A stretch of DNA of 64,000 nt from Candidatus Woesearchaeota archaeon (GCA_038874135.1 JAVZCZ010000001.1:160001-224000), one strand, 5' to 3'. Positions 19,291-28,798 are shown, numbered from the stretch's first letter. Notes: a model not told the origin generated them from the sequence alone. Translations and numbers: made by a program.

Positions 19291-19472
19291 AAGAATTTTT
19301 AAAAGATATCTGAAGCACATTTAACAAAATATACGACAAATATACAAAAAAGAAATATTTATATATTAGTATACCTTTTATTGATAAAAGAGCCCTGCAG
19401 TCCCGAATACAAAAAGCCAAGTTAACTCCACACCTGCTATGTATTTGAGTCGAGAGAGGGGGAAGTCGCGAG

Positions 19473-19679
19473 ATGAAACAGATATCTAAAAAATCTGAAA
19501 GGTTTAATCAGGGGAGAGCTTCCTCAATAGAGGAATACCTCTCCCATTCTTCCCTCTCAAAAAAATTCTCAGCAGAAGAGCTAAACGAGCTAAAAGAGTT
19601 CCTAACCTCAGAATCCAACTATCACAGCTACCTCAAACAGGTGAGAGAAAACCTTCTAAAATACCAAAACAGAATTTAA
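19473..19679 (+). CDS. small hypothetical protein
   Basis: 68 aa with purine-rich SD-like upstream sequence. Confidence 0.4.
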   Translation: MKQISKKSERFNQGRASSIEEYLSHSSLSKKFSAEELNELKEFLTSESNYHSYLKQVRENLLKYQNRI

Positions 19680-19708
19680 CATTTTAAAAGCTGGAATAAG
19701 AAAAAAAG

Positions 19709-19782
19709 CGAGCCAGCGAGGATTTGAACCCCGATCATCCGGTCCGAAGCCGGACGCACTATCCAGGTTATGCTACTGGCCC
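19709..19782 (-). tRNA. tRNA-Arg(TCG)
   Basis: Reverse complement GGGCCAGTAGCATAACCTGGATAGTGCGTCCGGCTTCGGACCGGATGATCGGGGTTCAAATCCTCGCTGGCTCG. Confidence 0.95.
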
Positions 19783-19860
19783 GCTAAACTTGCTGTTATG
19801 TGCATCCAATTATAAAACTTTTCCTCAGAATCAAAATTTAAGAAGAGAATGCATAAGGGA

Positions 19861-20436
19861 CTAGCGGGCTTCCTCTTTTGACTCCTTATGCTTAAGCTTA
19901 TTAAGGTACATTGCCCTGTCAGCTTCCCTGATCAATCTGCGGATCTGCTTGTTAGGGCCATACGCGCTGCCAATGGACACTTCGGGATTCAGCCCGTCTT
20001 CAGTGCGATAATTTTTAAGCTCATCTTGCAGAAGAGTTATCTTGTTCTCAATTGTGCACAATTCAACCTTGGGAAGCACAACTGCGAACTCGTCACCGCC
20101 TATCCTGGCAACTAGGTCTGTTTCTCTAAAATTATTTTTTAATGTTTGGCTTACACTTATTATTAGAATGTCTCCTGTAGTGTGACCATAGGTATCATTA
20201 ACATACTTCAAGTTATCTATATCCAGCATTATGAAGCTTACAGAATAATCAGCTCTGTCCTTTTCAATTCTCCTGATTTCGTTTTCATAATAAGCCCTGT
20301 TGTATAAGCCTGTGAGAGCATCGTGAATTGCTAGAAATTCTATCTCCTTAAATGCTGCAATTATTGCTACTTTCGCATCATTGGGGATGTCTTTTCTTTT
20401 TAGAATTTCTTCAAGTTTTCGGTAAATGCTTATCAT
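19861..20436 (-). CDS. GGDEF-domain diguanylate cyclase
   Basis: 'HDALTGLYNR', 'DIDNLKYVNDTYGHTTGD', I-site RETD, 'RIGGDEF', 'SIG', 'ADRAMY..K'. Confidence 0.93.
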   Translation of the reverse strand: MISIYRKLEEILKRKDIPNDAKVAIIAAFKEIEFLAIHDALTGLYNRAYYENEIRRIEKDRADYSVSFIMLDIDNLKYVNDTYGHTTGDILIISVSQTLKNNFRETDLVARIGGDEFAVVLPKVELCTIENKITLLQDELKNYRTEDGLNPEVSIGSAYGPNKQIRRLIREADRAMYLNKLKHKESKEEAR

Positions 20437-20480
20437 TTTAAATTGAAATTAAAAAAGGTAAGTTTTGAATTTTTAGCTTC

Positions 20481-20762
20481 TTACTTTCTTACCAGTTTTA
20501 TCTCAATTGAGGACACTCTGACATCCTTTCCTTCTTTGTTTTTGAACTCCTCGCTTGAGATTTGGATGTCTCCAACCTTTGCCTGATCCTGAAGGAATCT
20601 CTTGCAGGCAACTTCTGCAATGTCCACTGCTCTGCTTATGAATTTTCCCCTGGCTTTTATTGTTATCTCGTTTGCGTTTTTTGTTGTGAACTGCATCACT
20701 ACTGCAGTCACATAGTTCATAAAGGGCTTGTTTCCCACAAAGATTGAGTTGTCCGCTGCCAT
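20481..20762 (-). CDS. albA: DNA/RNA-binding protein Alba
   Basis: 'IFVGNKPFMNYV', 'IKARGKFISRAVD.AE', 'VSSIEI'. Confidence 0.95.
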   Translation of the reverse strand: MAADNSIFVGNKPFMNYVTAVVMQFTTKNANEITIKARGKFISRAVDIAEVACKRFLQDQAKVGDIQISSEEFKNKEGKDVRVSSIEIKLVRK

Positions 20763-20797
20763 TTTTGCTTACCTCCGTTTAAATGTTTTTTTGCTTT

Positions 20798-20992
20798 TTA
20801 CTCTGCCTTTCGCTTAGCCAATCTTGTAACATATCCTGCTATTATGTTTCTTACCCTCTTTGAGGGCACAAAGTTTAGCTTCTCAGCCACTACCTTCTTA
20901 TTCTTCTCAAAATCTGTTGTCAGCTCGCTTCTATGCTTTTCAATGAGCTCCCTGCTTACCCTCTTGATCATGTTCGTCTTTATTCGTCCCAA
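20798..20992 (-). CDS. rps17e: 30S ribosomal protein S17e
   Basis: 'MGRIKT..IKR', 'DFEKNK', 'SKRVRN.IAGYVTR'. Confidence 0.95.
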   Translation of the reverse strand: MGRIKTNMIKRVSRELIEKHRSELTTDFEKNKKVVAEKLNFVPSKRVRNIIAGYVTRLAKRKAE

Positions 20993-20999
20993 TTCAAAT

Positions 21000-21800
21000 C
21001 CCTCCCAAAGTTTTTGTGGTTGCTCCTTTGGAGTTTATAAAGCATATTTAAATGTTTCTAAATTAAATGTTTATAAAAATTTCATTCGGAAAATCAGAAA
21101 GATTAGAAGATTTGAAGAATTAAAAATTTTAAAATGTTTTTGAATGAATTTTTTAGGAGCAGTACTTACAGCTTAATTTTTCTTACTCAACTTTAATCAT
21201 AAATCTTTAAATAAGGATAAGTAGTTGTAAGCTTAAATTTACTAGCTTATTCTCACTTTTTTAGGATTAAGCTAGTGTTAGGCTTAGTTTAAGGAAAAAA
21301 TAGCGAATTCTCTCATAGTGCCTAAACATTTGAACATTTTTGTTAATTGCGCTTCTGGCTTTGTTAAGTTAAATTCTTTCAAACATTTTTTGTGTTATTT
21401 TTTATTGTGTTTTTTCTTTTTTTATTATTTTTATTATTTTTTATCTCTGTTTTCTCTCATTTTTTATTCTCAAAACTTTGGTAGGAGCAATTTTTCTAAG
21501 AATTTTAAAATTCAAAAAAAATAAATAATATTCTTTGATATATATAATTTATTAATAATATTTTAACAATATTATTATAAAACAATTATTAAGACAGATT
21601 TTTTAAAAAAGTTATATACAAATAATTTTAATTAAAAATTTATTTTTTTAATATTATTTTGTATAATATATTTATTTAAGGTAAATTTTGATAAAAATTT
21701 TTTAGCATAAATAAAAATTTTTAATTAAATTTGATATAGAAAAATATTTAAAGTCACACATTTTATTATCATTATTTAGTAGTAAAATATTGCAAATTAG
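21000..21800. other. long AT-rich noncoding tract
   Basis: About 800 bp with poly-T/poly-A runs and no credible ORF. Confidence 0.7.
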
Positions 21801-21828
21801 GCTGTTTATTCGTGAGGGGGTGTTTTAA

Positions 21829-22029
21829 ATGCGTGGACAGGATTTTGAGAATAAAGTAAGATTTTCATTCGCAGTTGCAAAGCAGGATGTTGAAAACTTA
21901 AAGAACAGCGTTTCTGACTGGATACTATTCCTAGATGCAAATCAGAGAGAATTAAAAGAGAGAATAAGAGTGCTGGAAGCAAAAATGAGAATGCTTGAAA
22001 CAATGCAGAAGAGCACGCTTTTTGAATAG
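21829..22029 (+). CDS. small coiled-coil protein
   Basis: 66 aa with SD GAGGGGGTG and a heptad pattern. Confidence 0.65.
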   Translation: MRGQDFENKVRFSFAVAKQDVENLKNSVSDWILFLDANQRELKERIRVLEAKMRMLETMQKSTLFE

Positions 22030-22153
22030 GTTAAATCTTTCTTAATCTTTTTCCTGTTTTTCTAATTTCTTTTTCTAATTTTAACATTTTAACCAGGCAT
22101 TTTTCTAACAAATTTAGGCATCTAAAGCCAAAAGCGAAAGATTTAAATATAAA

Positions 22154-22181
22154 AGTGCGTATAAGGTATATTATACGAATA
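22154..22181 (+). other. dif-like Xer recombination site
   Basis: AGTGCGTATAA-GGTATA-TTATACGAATA: 11-6-11 layout, inverted arms, 24 bp upstream of xerA. Confidence 0.8.
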
Positions 22182-22205
22182 TAATGGTTTGTAAGGCAGC
22201 TGAGC

Positions 22206-23045
22206 ATGAATGAGCAACTAATAAAGGACCTGGGACTTACCAAATTAGCAGCTGAATTAAAGCTGAGAGGCTTCAGCCCTCAGACAGTTAAAACATACCT
22301 ATTCCAGAATGCCAAGTTTCTGCTCTCAGCCAAGAAGAAAGTTGAAGAAGTAGACGAAGACGATATAAAAGGATATCTCGCAATGCTTATGGAACAAGGT
22401 GCATCTCCTAGGACAATAGGGCTCACAAAAGCAGCATTAAAGTTCTTTTATGACAACATACTGCAGAGAGGCATAGTAGAGTTTCCCACGCCCAAAATAA
22501 GAAGGACACTACCAGTTGTTTTATCACGGGAAGAAATAAAGCGCATGATTGAAAACGCACCTACTGAAAAGAGCAGAGTCATAATTGAGCTGCTTTATTC
22601 CTCAGGACTCCGCGTCTCGGAGTGTTCTGCATTAAAGCTTGCTGATTTAGAGATTCCCGAAAAAATTGGCTGGGTAAGAGGTGGCAAGGGCGGCAAAGAC
22701 AGGATGTTCATACTCTCAGAAAGACTCATAAAGGACTTAAAACACTACATTTACAAGGAAAAAATTAGAGATTGGCTCTTTCCAGGAAAGAACAATGAAC
22801 ACATAAGTGCCAGGGACATACAGCAAATTGTAAAGAGGTGCGCCATCAGGGCAGGAATCAAGAAAAAGGTCTCACCGCACACCTTAAGGCATAGTTTTGC
22901 CACACACCTACTTGAAAGTGGCACGGACATCAGAAAGATTCAGGAGCTCTTAGGCCACTCCAACTTGCAGACCACTCAGATATATACCAGTGTTAGCAAT
23001 GCTGAACTGATAAAAGTAAAGAGCCCTTTAGACATTCTTAAGTAA
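22206..23045 (+). CDS. xerA: tyrosine recombinase XerA
   Basis: SAM-like N-domain, 'SGLRVSE', 'GKGGKDR', 'HTLRHSFATH', 'LGH', 'TTQIY' - intact catalytic set. Confidence 0.9.
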   Translation: MNEQLIKDLGLTKLAAELKLRGFSPQTVKTYLFQNAKFLLSAKKKVEEVDEDDIKGYLAMLMEQGASPRTIGLTKAALKFFYDNILQRGIVEFPTPKIRRTLPVVLSREEIKRMIENAPTEKSRVIIELLYSSGLRVSECSALKLADLEIPEKIGWVRGGKGGKDRMFILSERLIKDLKHYIYKEKIRDWLFPGKNNEHISARDIQQIVKRCAIRAGIKKKVSPHTLRHSFATHLLESGTDIRKIQELLGHSNLQTTQIYTSVSNAELIKVKSPLDILK

Positions 23046-23640
23046 ATTTCCGACGAGAAAATACTTTTTGTAGATTATGTTGTATTTAAGTTAAAGGTTT
23101 CATAGGAAGATTTTTAATTAAAATTTTTAATAATTAATAAAAATATTTAATTTTTTTATGCTAATAATATTTAATTTTTGATAAAATATTTTAATAATTT
23201 AAATCATTTAATTTGACACTTTTAAAATAATATGTCAATTATTCATTTTATAGTGATTAATTTAATTTTTTAATTAAAAGTGAGTAAATTTTGTGGGAGA
23301 TTTTTTTAAAAATTGCGTTTTAAGAGCGTGTATAAAAAAATTACCTTTTGAAGTTTATTCGTGAAAAGTGAGAGGAATCTGTGTAAGAAGAGCCGAATTG
23401 GTTGTAAGAAGGTTTTGAAAAAAGCGAGGGAGAGGAAATGTTAAGTGTCAGGCTGGTTTGTTTGCAATTTTTGGATAAGTCTTGTTTTTGTAGGAAAAAG
23501 GGTTAAAATGAAGGTATGTTTTGCCTGAGAATTGGAAATATCTCACAAGATTTTTGGGCACTATTATGAAAAGTGAGTTTTTGGCTGATTTTTATTTTAA
23601 GTTCTGTTATTTTTACTAGCACAAGATTTAAAAATAAGCG
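23046..23640. other. long AT-rich noncoding tract
   Basis: About 600 bp without an ORF, extremely AT-rich over 23100-23300. Confidence 0.65.
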
Positions 23641-23670
23641 GGTATAATTTAAAAGAAAGGGGATGAAGGG

Positions 23671-23946
23671 TTGAAAATTACTTTCAGTCGTGTTGTAATG
23701 TGCGCGCTTCTTACAGCTTCCTTATTAATTCTCATTTTTGGTTGTTCTGAGAGAATAGTGAGGGTTGAAGAGAGAGACCGATGCGGAGTTGTAGGTGGAA
23801 TGCTCTTTCACACTATAAAGGATGAGGACGCGTGTAGGCAGGTATGCTATTCTGACTGCCTTGGCAGGAAGCTAATCCTAAAGGATGTAGAATTCGCATA
23901 TAATGTTTCCGAAGGGTGTAACAGCTGCGTTTGCCTTTGTAAGTAG
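23671..23946 (+). CDS. small Cys-rich secreted/lipoprotein
   Basis: Signal peptide ending 'IFGC' and eight further Cys. Confidence 0.6.
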   Translation: MKITFSRVVMCALLTASLLILIFGCSERIVRVEERDRCGVVGGMLFHTIKDEDACRQVCYSDCLGRKLILKDVEFAYNVSEGCNSCVCLCK

Positions 23947-23964
23947 GAGAAAATGAGATAAAGC

Positions 23965-24249
23965 TTATTTTAGCTGTTTTATCTCTTCTGAGAATGACTC
24001 GTTTATCTTTTTTAAGCGTTTTGCAGCATCCACTAAAGCCTTTCTCGGGCTTTTCTTTCCATCTGTTTCAACAACAAATTCCGGAATTCCAATCAGCGGG
24101 TGCTTTATAGCGTATGCCGCGTACTTAACATGCTCGTCATTCCAGAGTTCTTCTCTAAGAGCGTTACAGAGGGTGTGGCCCTCGCCTAATAGTTCAAACT
24201 TGATTTTTGAATCATCTTCTTCCAGGACCTTGATTTCCATAATTATCAC
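23965..24249 (-). CDS. rpoL: DNA-directed RNA polymerase subunit L (Rpo11)
   Basis: 'GEGHTLCNALR', 'AAY.I.HP'. Confidence 0.95.
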   Translation of the reverse strand: MIIMEIKVLEEDDSKIKFELLGEGHTLCNALREELWNDEHVKYAAYAIKHPLIGIPEFVVETDGKKSPRKALVDAAKRLKKINESFSEEIKQLK

Positions 24250-24354
24250 CGCGTTATTTTAAAGTTACAAACCGCGTGCCCTTTATAAAATTTTCCACAA
24301 TGAAAATTCGCAGAAGGAGATAAATTTTTATTCTCACAGATATTTGCTTATCGT

Positions 24355-24912
24355 ATGATTAGAAAAGAGGACAGGGAGAAGCTTCTTCAACTCGCGAGAA
24401 AATCAATTGAGGCAGAGCTTAGAGGAGACGTTTTGAAGGTTGATGACGAGATTATAAGAAAGTTTTCTGAACATAAAGGCGTATTTGTAACTTTGAAGGA
24501 GATGGGTGAGCTGCGCGGCTGCATAGGATATCCTGAGCCTGTGCTTCCCCTGTGGCAGGCAGTCAGCAGGGCTGCTGTGGCTGCTGCTTTTGAGGATCCA
24601 AGGTTTCCGCCGCTGCTTGAAGAGGAGCTTAAGGATGTAAAGATTGAGATTTCAGTATTGACTGTTCCGGAGCTTTTGGAAGTGAATAGCCCTTCTGAGT
24701 ATCTGAAGAGGATAAGAATTGGTAAAGACGGGCTCATATTGAGGTATAAGGGGTTTTCAGGACTTCTGCTGCCTCAGGTTGCTCCAGAGCAGGGCTGGAA
24801 TGTGGAGCAGTTTTTAGAAGGGCTTTGCGAGAAGGCGGGAGTTCCTCCCGGAACTTGGAAGCATCCCAGGTGTGAGATATACACATTTCAAGCAGAGGTT
24901 TTTGGCGAATAG
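24355..24912 (+). CDS. AMMECR1-domain protein
   Basis: 'GVFVTL', 'LRGCIG', 'DPRF', 'LLLPQV', 'LCEKAG'. Confidence 0.93.
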   Translation: MIRKEDREKLLQLARKSIEAELRGDVLKVDDEIIRKFSEHKGVFVTLKEMGELRGCIGYPEPVLPLWQAVSRAAVAAAFEDPRFPPLLEEELKDVKIEISVLTVPELLEVNSPSEYLKRIRIGKDGLILRYKGFSGLLLPQVAPEQGWNVEQFLEGLCEKAGVPPGTWKHPRCEIYTFQAEVFGE

Positions 24913-24928
24913 GAAATTTGATGGAATA

Positions 24929-25210
24929 TTACTTCGCCTTGTGCCCCAGCTTCGGCTTGTAATTCTTTCCATCTGCTATATCAGTTATCACATCTTTGAG
25001 CGAAGCCAGAGCCCAGATGCAGTTGAGGATGAGAAATGGATAGCTCTTTAGGTGTGAAGCGTATATCATCAGCATTATTGCCCCTGCTAAGTTGCTCAGG
25101 TCATATTTAAGCGAGGTGGAATTCCAGATTCCTTTCTGGTTGAGCAGGAATGCTATAAGTATTGTTGCCATTCCTAGAAATCCTATGATGTCAAATGCCA
25201 GCGTGCTCAT
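24929..25210 (-). CDS. small membrane protein (CBU_0592-like)
   Basis: Three TM segments, 'Y...NL.GA', 'LN.IW'. Confidence 0.6.
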   Translation of the reverse strand: MSTLAFDIIGFLGMATILIAFLLNQKGIWNSTSLKYDLSNLAGAIMLMIYASHLKSYPFLILNCIWALASLKDVITDIADGKNYKPKLGHKAK

Positions 25211-25857
25211 GCCAATTCCTCCTTTTGAAGTTTCCAGATTCCAGCTTTGAACTTGTAAATTCTTTTCATGTGGTGGGGCATGCTCTTCTTTATTGGAAGT
25301 TCAATTATTATGTGCCCTGCTATTTTGAAGGAGTTGGCTTCTGTCAGCCTCTTTATAAAATTATTGGATTCTTCCTTGTGAATTGAATAGATTACTGGGG
25401 CTATCTTGAATGCTGTTTCAAGGAAGGTTCTGTCGGCGTGCCTGTTTTGAACTCCAAATGGGGGGTTCTGAACTACGCAGTCTGCACTTATATTGGCATC
25501 GCGTATGTCTGAGCATATTATTTCTGCCTTTTGGAAAATTTTAATTCCGGAGAGGCGCTCTGCGAGTTCAATGTTTTCCCTCAGTATTTTTAAGGCGTTT
25601 TGGTCTTTTTCTACGAAGATTACCCTTTCAGCTCCGAGAAGGAGTGCTCCTATTCCCAATATTCCAGTTCCACATCCGAGGTCTGCAACTATCTTACCTT
25701 TTATGTCAGAGTTCATGAATGCTTCCCAGAGCATTTCTGCTGCTGTTTCTGAATCTGTAGGGTATTGCTCCATATCTGCTCTTGGCTTTTCAAAGTGTGC
25801 AAGTTTTGAAAGTAGTATCGCCAGTCCCGATTTTGAGATTCTCATAAAAAATCCCAT
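25207..25857 (-). CDS. METTL5-family N6-adenine RNA methyltransferase
   Basis: 'EQYPT', 'DLGCGTG', 'NPPFG', 'YSIHK'. Confidence 0.9.
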   Translation of the reverse strand: MGFFMRISKSGLAILLSKLAHFEKPRADMEQYPTDSETAAEMLWEAFMNSDIKGKIVADLGCGTGILGIGALLLGAERVIFVEKDQNALKILRENIELAERLSGIKIFQKAEIICSDIRDANISADCVVQNPPFGVQNRHADRTFLETAFKIAPVIYSIHKEESNNFIKRLTEANSFKIAGHIIIELPIKKSMPHHMKRIYKFKAGIWKLQKEELA

Positions 25858-25928
25858 GCTGAAAACTATTTTTTGAATTATATAAATGTTTTTAAATGGC
25901 TCGGTAATCTCAGGCTTGGGGGTTTAAG

Positions 25929-26492
25929 ATGTTGAGGCTTTTTAGTGCGGGCAGGGATTCTGAGTTTAAGAAGATAAAGGCGGCTTTTGACAAGCTTAAA
26001 AAGGAGATGGACGTTCACCTCAGCACTATAAATGATAACAGCATTGAGATTGAAGCAAACTACGAATACTTATGCAAGCTTGAGGAGAAGGTTGATAAGC
26101 TGAGTGAAAAAGTTGAGCAGCTTCAGCTTCTAATTGCTGAATCTTCTAAGAAGAAGACTTCAGAGTTCAGCGTGGAGCCTCTCAACTTGAGAGAGCAGGA
26201 GGTCTTCTTAGCATTATACCTTTCCGACGGATTTGTAAAGTATTCTAACATTGCCTCTCAGCTCGGGCTTCCGGAGCAGCTTGTCAAGAATTATGTTACT
26301 GCGCTTATAAGAAAGGGCGTTCCTGTTATAAAGAAGTATCAGAATGGTGAAACATTCATTATGCTTGATCCGGATTTCAAAAGGGCTCAAACTAGGGAGA
26401 ACATTCTCGGAATAAGTCAGGAGATGCTGAAAGAGTTCAAAAAGGGAATTCTTCCAGAGATTAGAGATGCTAAGGAAGGGTTGGATGAATAA
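25929..26492 (+). CDS. coiled-coil plus winged-HTH protein
   Basis: N-terminal heptads; 'LNLREQEVFLALY....YSNIASQLGL...VKNYV..LIRKGVP'. Confidence 0.7.
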   Translation: MLRLFSAGRDSEFKKIKAAFDKLKKEMDVHLSTINDNSIEIEANYEYLCKLEEKVDKLSEKVEQLQLLIAESSKKKTSEFSVEPLNLREQEVFLALYLSDGFVKYSNIASQLGLPEQLVKNYVTALIRKGVPVIKKYQNGETFIMLDPDFKRAQTRENILGISQEMLKEFKKGILPEIRDAKEGLDE

Positions 26493-26521
26493 AAGGTGAA
26501 TGAAAAAAGTGAATTAGAATT

Positions 26522-27508
26522 CTATGCGCTCCTCTTTATCTTAGCCTTCACCTCGCTTATGATTGAGCTGTCATCAGGGTCAAGATTGTACTTCTTTGCA
26601 AGGAATAGGGCTGTTAAATCTCCCAAGTGCACTGCTGAGAATGTGTTTGTGAGGTAGTCTCTTCCTTTAAGTATCAGGTTTGTTGTCTCGCAGGATTTTC
26701 TCATTGCCTCCTGCGCGAACTGCAAATGCTTCTCAGTTCTCTTGAATTCCGACTCGTCAGATATTATTACTGAGATAAACTCGTCAGTTTCCTTAAAGAA
26801 TGCCATTATCTCATTGTGAGTTGCTTCTGGGAATTGGTTGCAGAATGCGTGCACCTTTGCAATCTCGTTGAAGGAGTGCTTCCACCTAAGAGCAGCAGGG
26901 TAGTAGCGATAAGACGAATATATTATAGGAGTCTTAGATAGGAGCTTTTCTGAGAACTCTTCTGCCCTGTCTGCCATGCCAACCTGCCTAAGTGATTTGA
27001 TGATTCCCCTATAATCAATCTGGCCCTTTACTAATCCTGAGCTTATGAGGGTGTTTAGCATTGGAAAGAAGAGATAAGGTAGGGCTGTCTGCTGGTTAAG
27101 CTCTTGTGGTATTCTTATCACTGGAATTTTAGCTTCTGAGCACTCCTGTTCCACCTTTCCTCCGGAAGTTATTGCAACTGATTTTCCCGCCTTGACCCTT
27201 GCCTGTTTAAATGCTGAGATTGTCTCCTCCGTGTTGCCAGAGTAAGAAATTGCAAAAACGAGAGATTCTGCGTCAACAAATTCTGGCGCTGAATAGTCTC
27301 TTATTATGAGCACTTGGATTTTGGATTTTATTTCTAAAAGGTAGGATTTTAGAATTTCACCTGCCAGCGCAGAGGTGCCCATTCCAATTACAAATATCTT
27401 ATTTATGCTGTTTTTATTCAGTTCAAGCTGCATCCCAATCTGAGAAGCTTTTTCAATGTGTTCAGAAAACTTTCTTATTCCCTCTTCAACTGTTTCCATT
27501 TCTTCCAC
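26522..27508 (-). CDS. bifunctional phosphoglucose/phosphomannose isomerase (SIS)
   Basis: 'GMG.S', 'SYSGNTEET', 'TSGG', 'PEATHNEI'. Confidence 0.88.
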   Translation of the reverse strand: MEEMETVEEGIRKFSEHIEKASQIGMQLELNKNSINKIFVIGMGTSALAGEILKSYLLEIKSKIQVLIIRDYSAPEFVDAESLVFAISYSGNTEETISAFKQARVKAGKSVAITSGGKVEQECSEAKIPVIRIPQELNQQTALPYLFFPMLNTLISSGLVKGQIDYRGIIKSLRQVGMADRAEEFSEKLLSKTPIIYSSYRYYPAALRWKHSFNEIAKVHAFCNQFPEATHNEIMAFFKETDEFISVIISDESEFKRTEKHLQFAQEAMRKSCETTNLILKGRDYLTNTFSAVHLGDLTALFLAKKYNLDPDDSSIISEVKAKIKRSA

Positions 27509-27575
27509 CTTCTCCTATGATGTGTATGAAAGATTGTTCCGTATTAAAATCTTATTGAAAATTGGCAAGTTTAAT

Positions 27576-28316
27576 CTATTTTGTTCTGCCTTGGTTTTCA
27601 ACTTTTTCTATTGCCTTCTTAATCTCAGCTGAAGGTCCAAGGTAGTAATGCTTTTTCGGTTTTAGTTTTTCGTCTAATTCGTAGACCAGCGGGAAGCCTG
27701 TGGGAATGTTAACCTTCATAAGTGCCCTTCCACTTATCCCTTCTATAATCTTTATTATGGCTCTTATGCTGTTGCCATGGGCTACTATAAGTACATCGCC
27801 CTTCTTTAGTTCCGGCTTTATGCTATGATTCCAGCACTTTCTGACTCGCTTTACAGTGTCAGCCAGGCTCTCTCCAAGAGGCAGTTCTCTTTTTGGAACA
27901 TCGCTGTATTTGGGATCCCGCGCAGGGTTCATCCTGCTGCTTTTAGGGAGCAGCGGCGGCCTAACATTGTAGGCTCTTCTCCAGAGCAGGACCTGTCTTT
28001 CTCCATACCTGGCTGCCATTTCTGACTTGTTTAGGCCTTGCAGTGCTCCGTAGTGCCTCTCGTTTAGGCGCCAGCACTTAACAACTTTGAGTTTTAGATT
28101 GTTGTGCTTCTGGATTATCTTAAGCGTGTTGACTGCGCGTTTTAGCACTGAGGTGAATGCTATCCTGAAGTTGAATTTCTCTCTTGATAGGAGTTCAGCA
28201 GCTCTCTCCGCCTCTCTTATGCCTTCCCTGCTAAGGGGAGCGTCCAGCCATCCTGTAAACCTGTTCTGCTTATTATAAGTGCTCTCCCCGTGTCTTATTA
28301 GAACCAGTTTTGGCAT
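27576..28316 (-). CDS. gpmA: 2,3-bisphosphoglycerate-dependent phosphoglycerate mutase
   Basis: 'RHGES', 'NRFTGW', 'LNERHYG', 'AHGNS.R'. Confidence 0.95.
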   Translation of the reverse strand: MPKLVLIRHGESTYNKQNRFTGWLDAPLSREGIREAERAAELLSREKFNFRIAFTSVLKRAVNTLKIIQKHNNLKLKVVKCWRLNERHYGALQGLNKSEMAARYGERQVLLWRRAYNVRPPLLPKSSRMNPARDPKYSDVPKRELPLGESLADTVKRVRKCWNHSIKPELKKGDVLIVAHGNSIRAIIKIIEGISGRALMKVNIPTGFPLVYELDEKLKPKKHYYLGPSAEIKKAIEKVENQGRTK

Positions 28317-28351
28317 TTTCGTTGTGAGTGTTAAAAACTCTTTAAAATGAT

Positions 28352-28798
28352 TTATGCTTTTTTGTTTTGTTCTTTCTCTTCTTCTTTTTCCATCTTATTT
28401 TTAGAAAGAGCTCTTCCTATCCTGCCTATTCCTATAGTTTCGTGTGTCTTTTTAAGAATTTTCAGTAGGTATGCTGGAAGGGGCTCTCTCTCATTAACTG
28501 GCGTCTTCTTCTGTTTTCCAGAGATGTAAAGATGGGGTCCGTCCTGTTCCACATCTAGGTATTCCAGGTTGTTAATAACTATGTCTGTTCCCGGGATTAG
28601 GTAATAAACATCTAAGCCGCGGATTATCACCTTGTGCACTTTGAACTCTAAGAATTTGAATGGTATCTCTGCTGTAAGATGTGGATTGTTTTTTGTGCAT
28701 AGATTTATGAATATTGGAGCTGTTTCCAGAACTGCGTTGTCGTCGTGCTCTTTCTTTTCTTTTCTTCCCAGTATTGCGCTTCCGCAGTAATATCTCAT
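28352..28798 (-). CDS. hypothetical protein
   Basis: 148 aa ORF between eno and gpmA on the same strand. Confidence 0.6.
   Translation of the reverse strand: MRYYCGSAILGRKEKKEHDDNAVLETAPIFINLCTKNNPHLTAEIPFKFLEFKVHKVIIRGLDVYYLIPGTDIVINNLEYLDVEQDGPHLYISGKQKKTPVNEREPLPAYLLKILKKTHETIGIGRIGRALSKNKMEKEEEKEQNKKA

Noticed and set aside
21318-21524. Phe/Tyr-rich 68-aa ORF
   Set aside because: Product of poly-T low-complexity noncoding DNA
21000-21800. Canonical archaeal oriC
   Set aside because: No ORB-like (TCCA..GGAA plus G-string) motif or adjacent cdc6 seen
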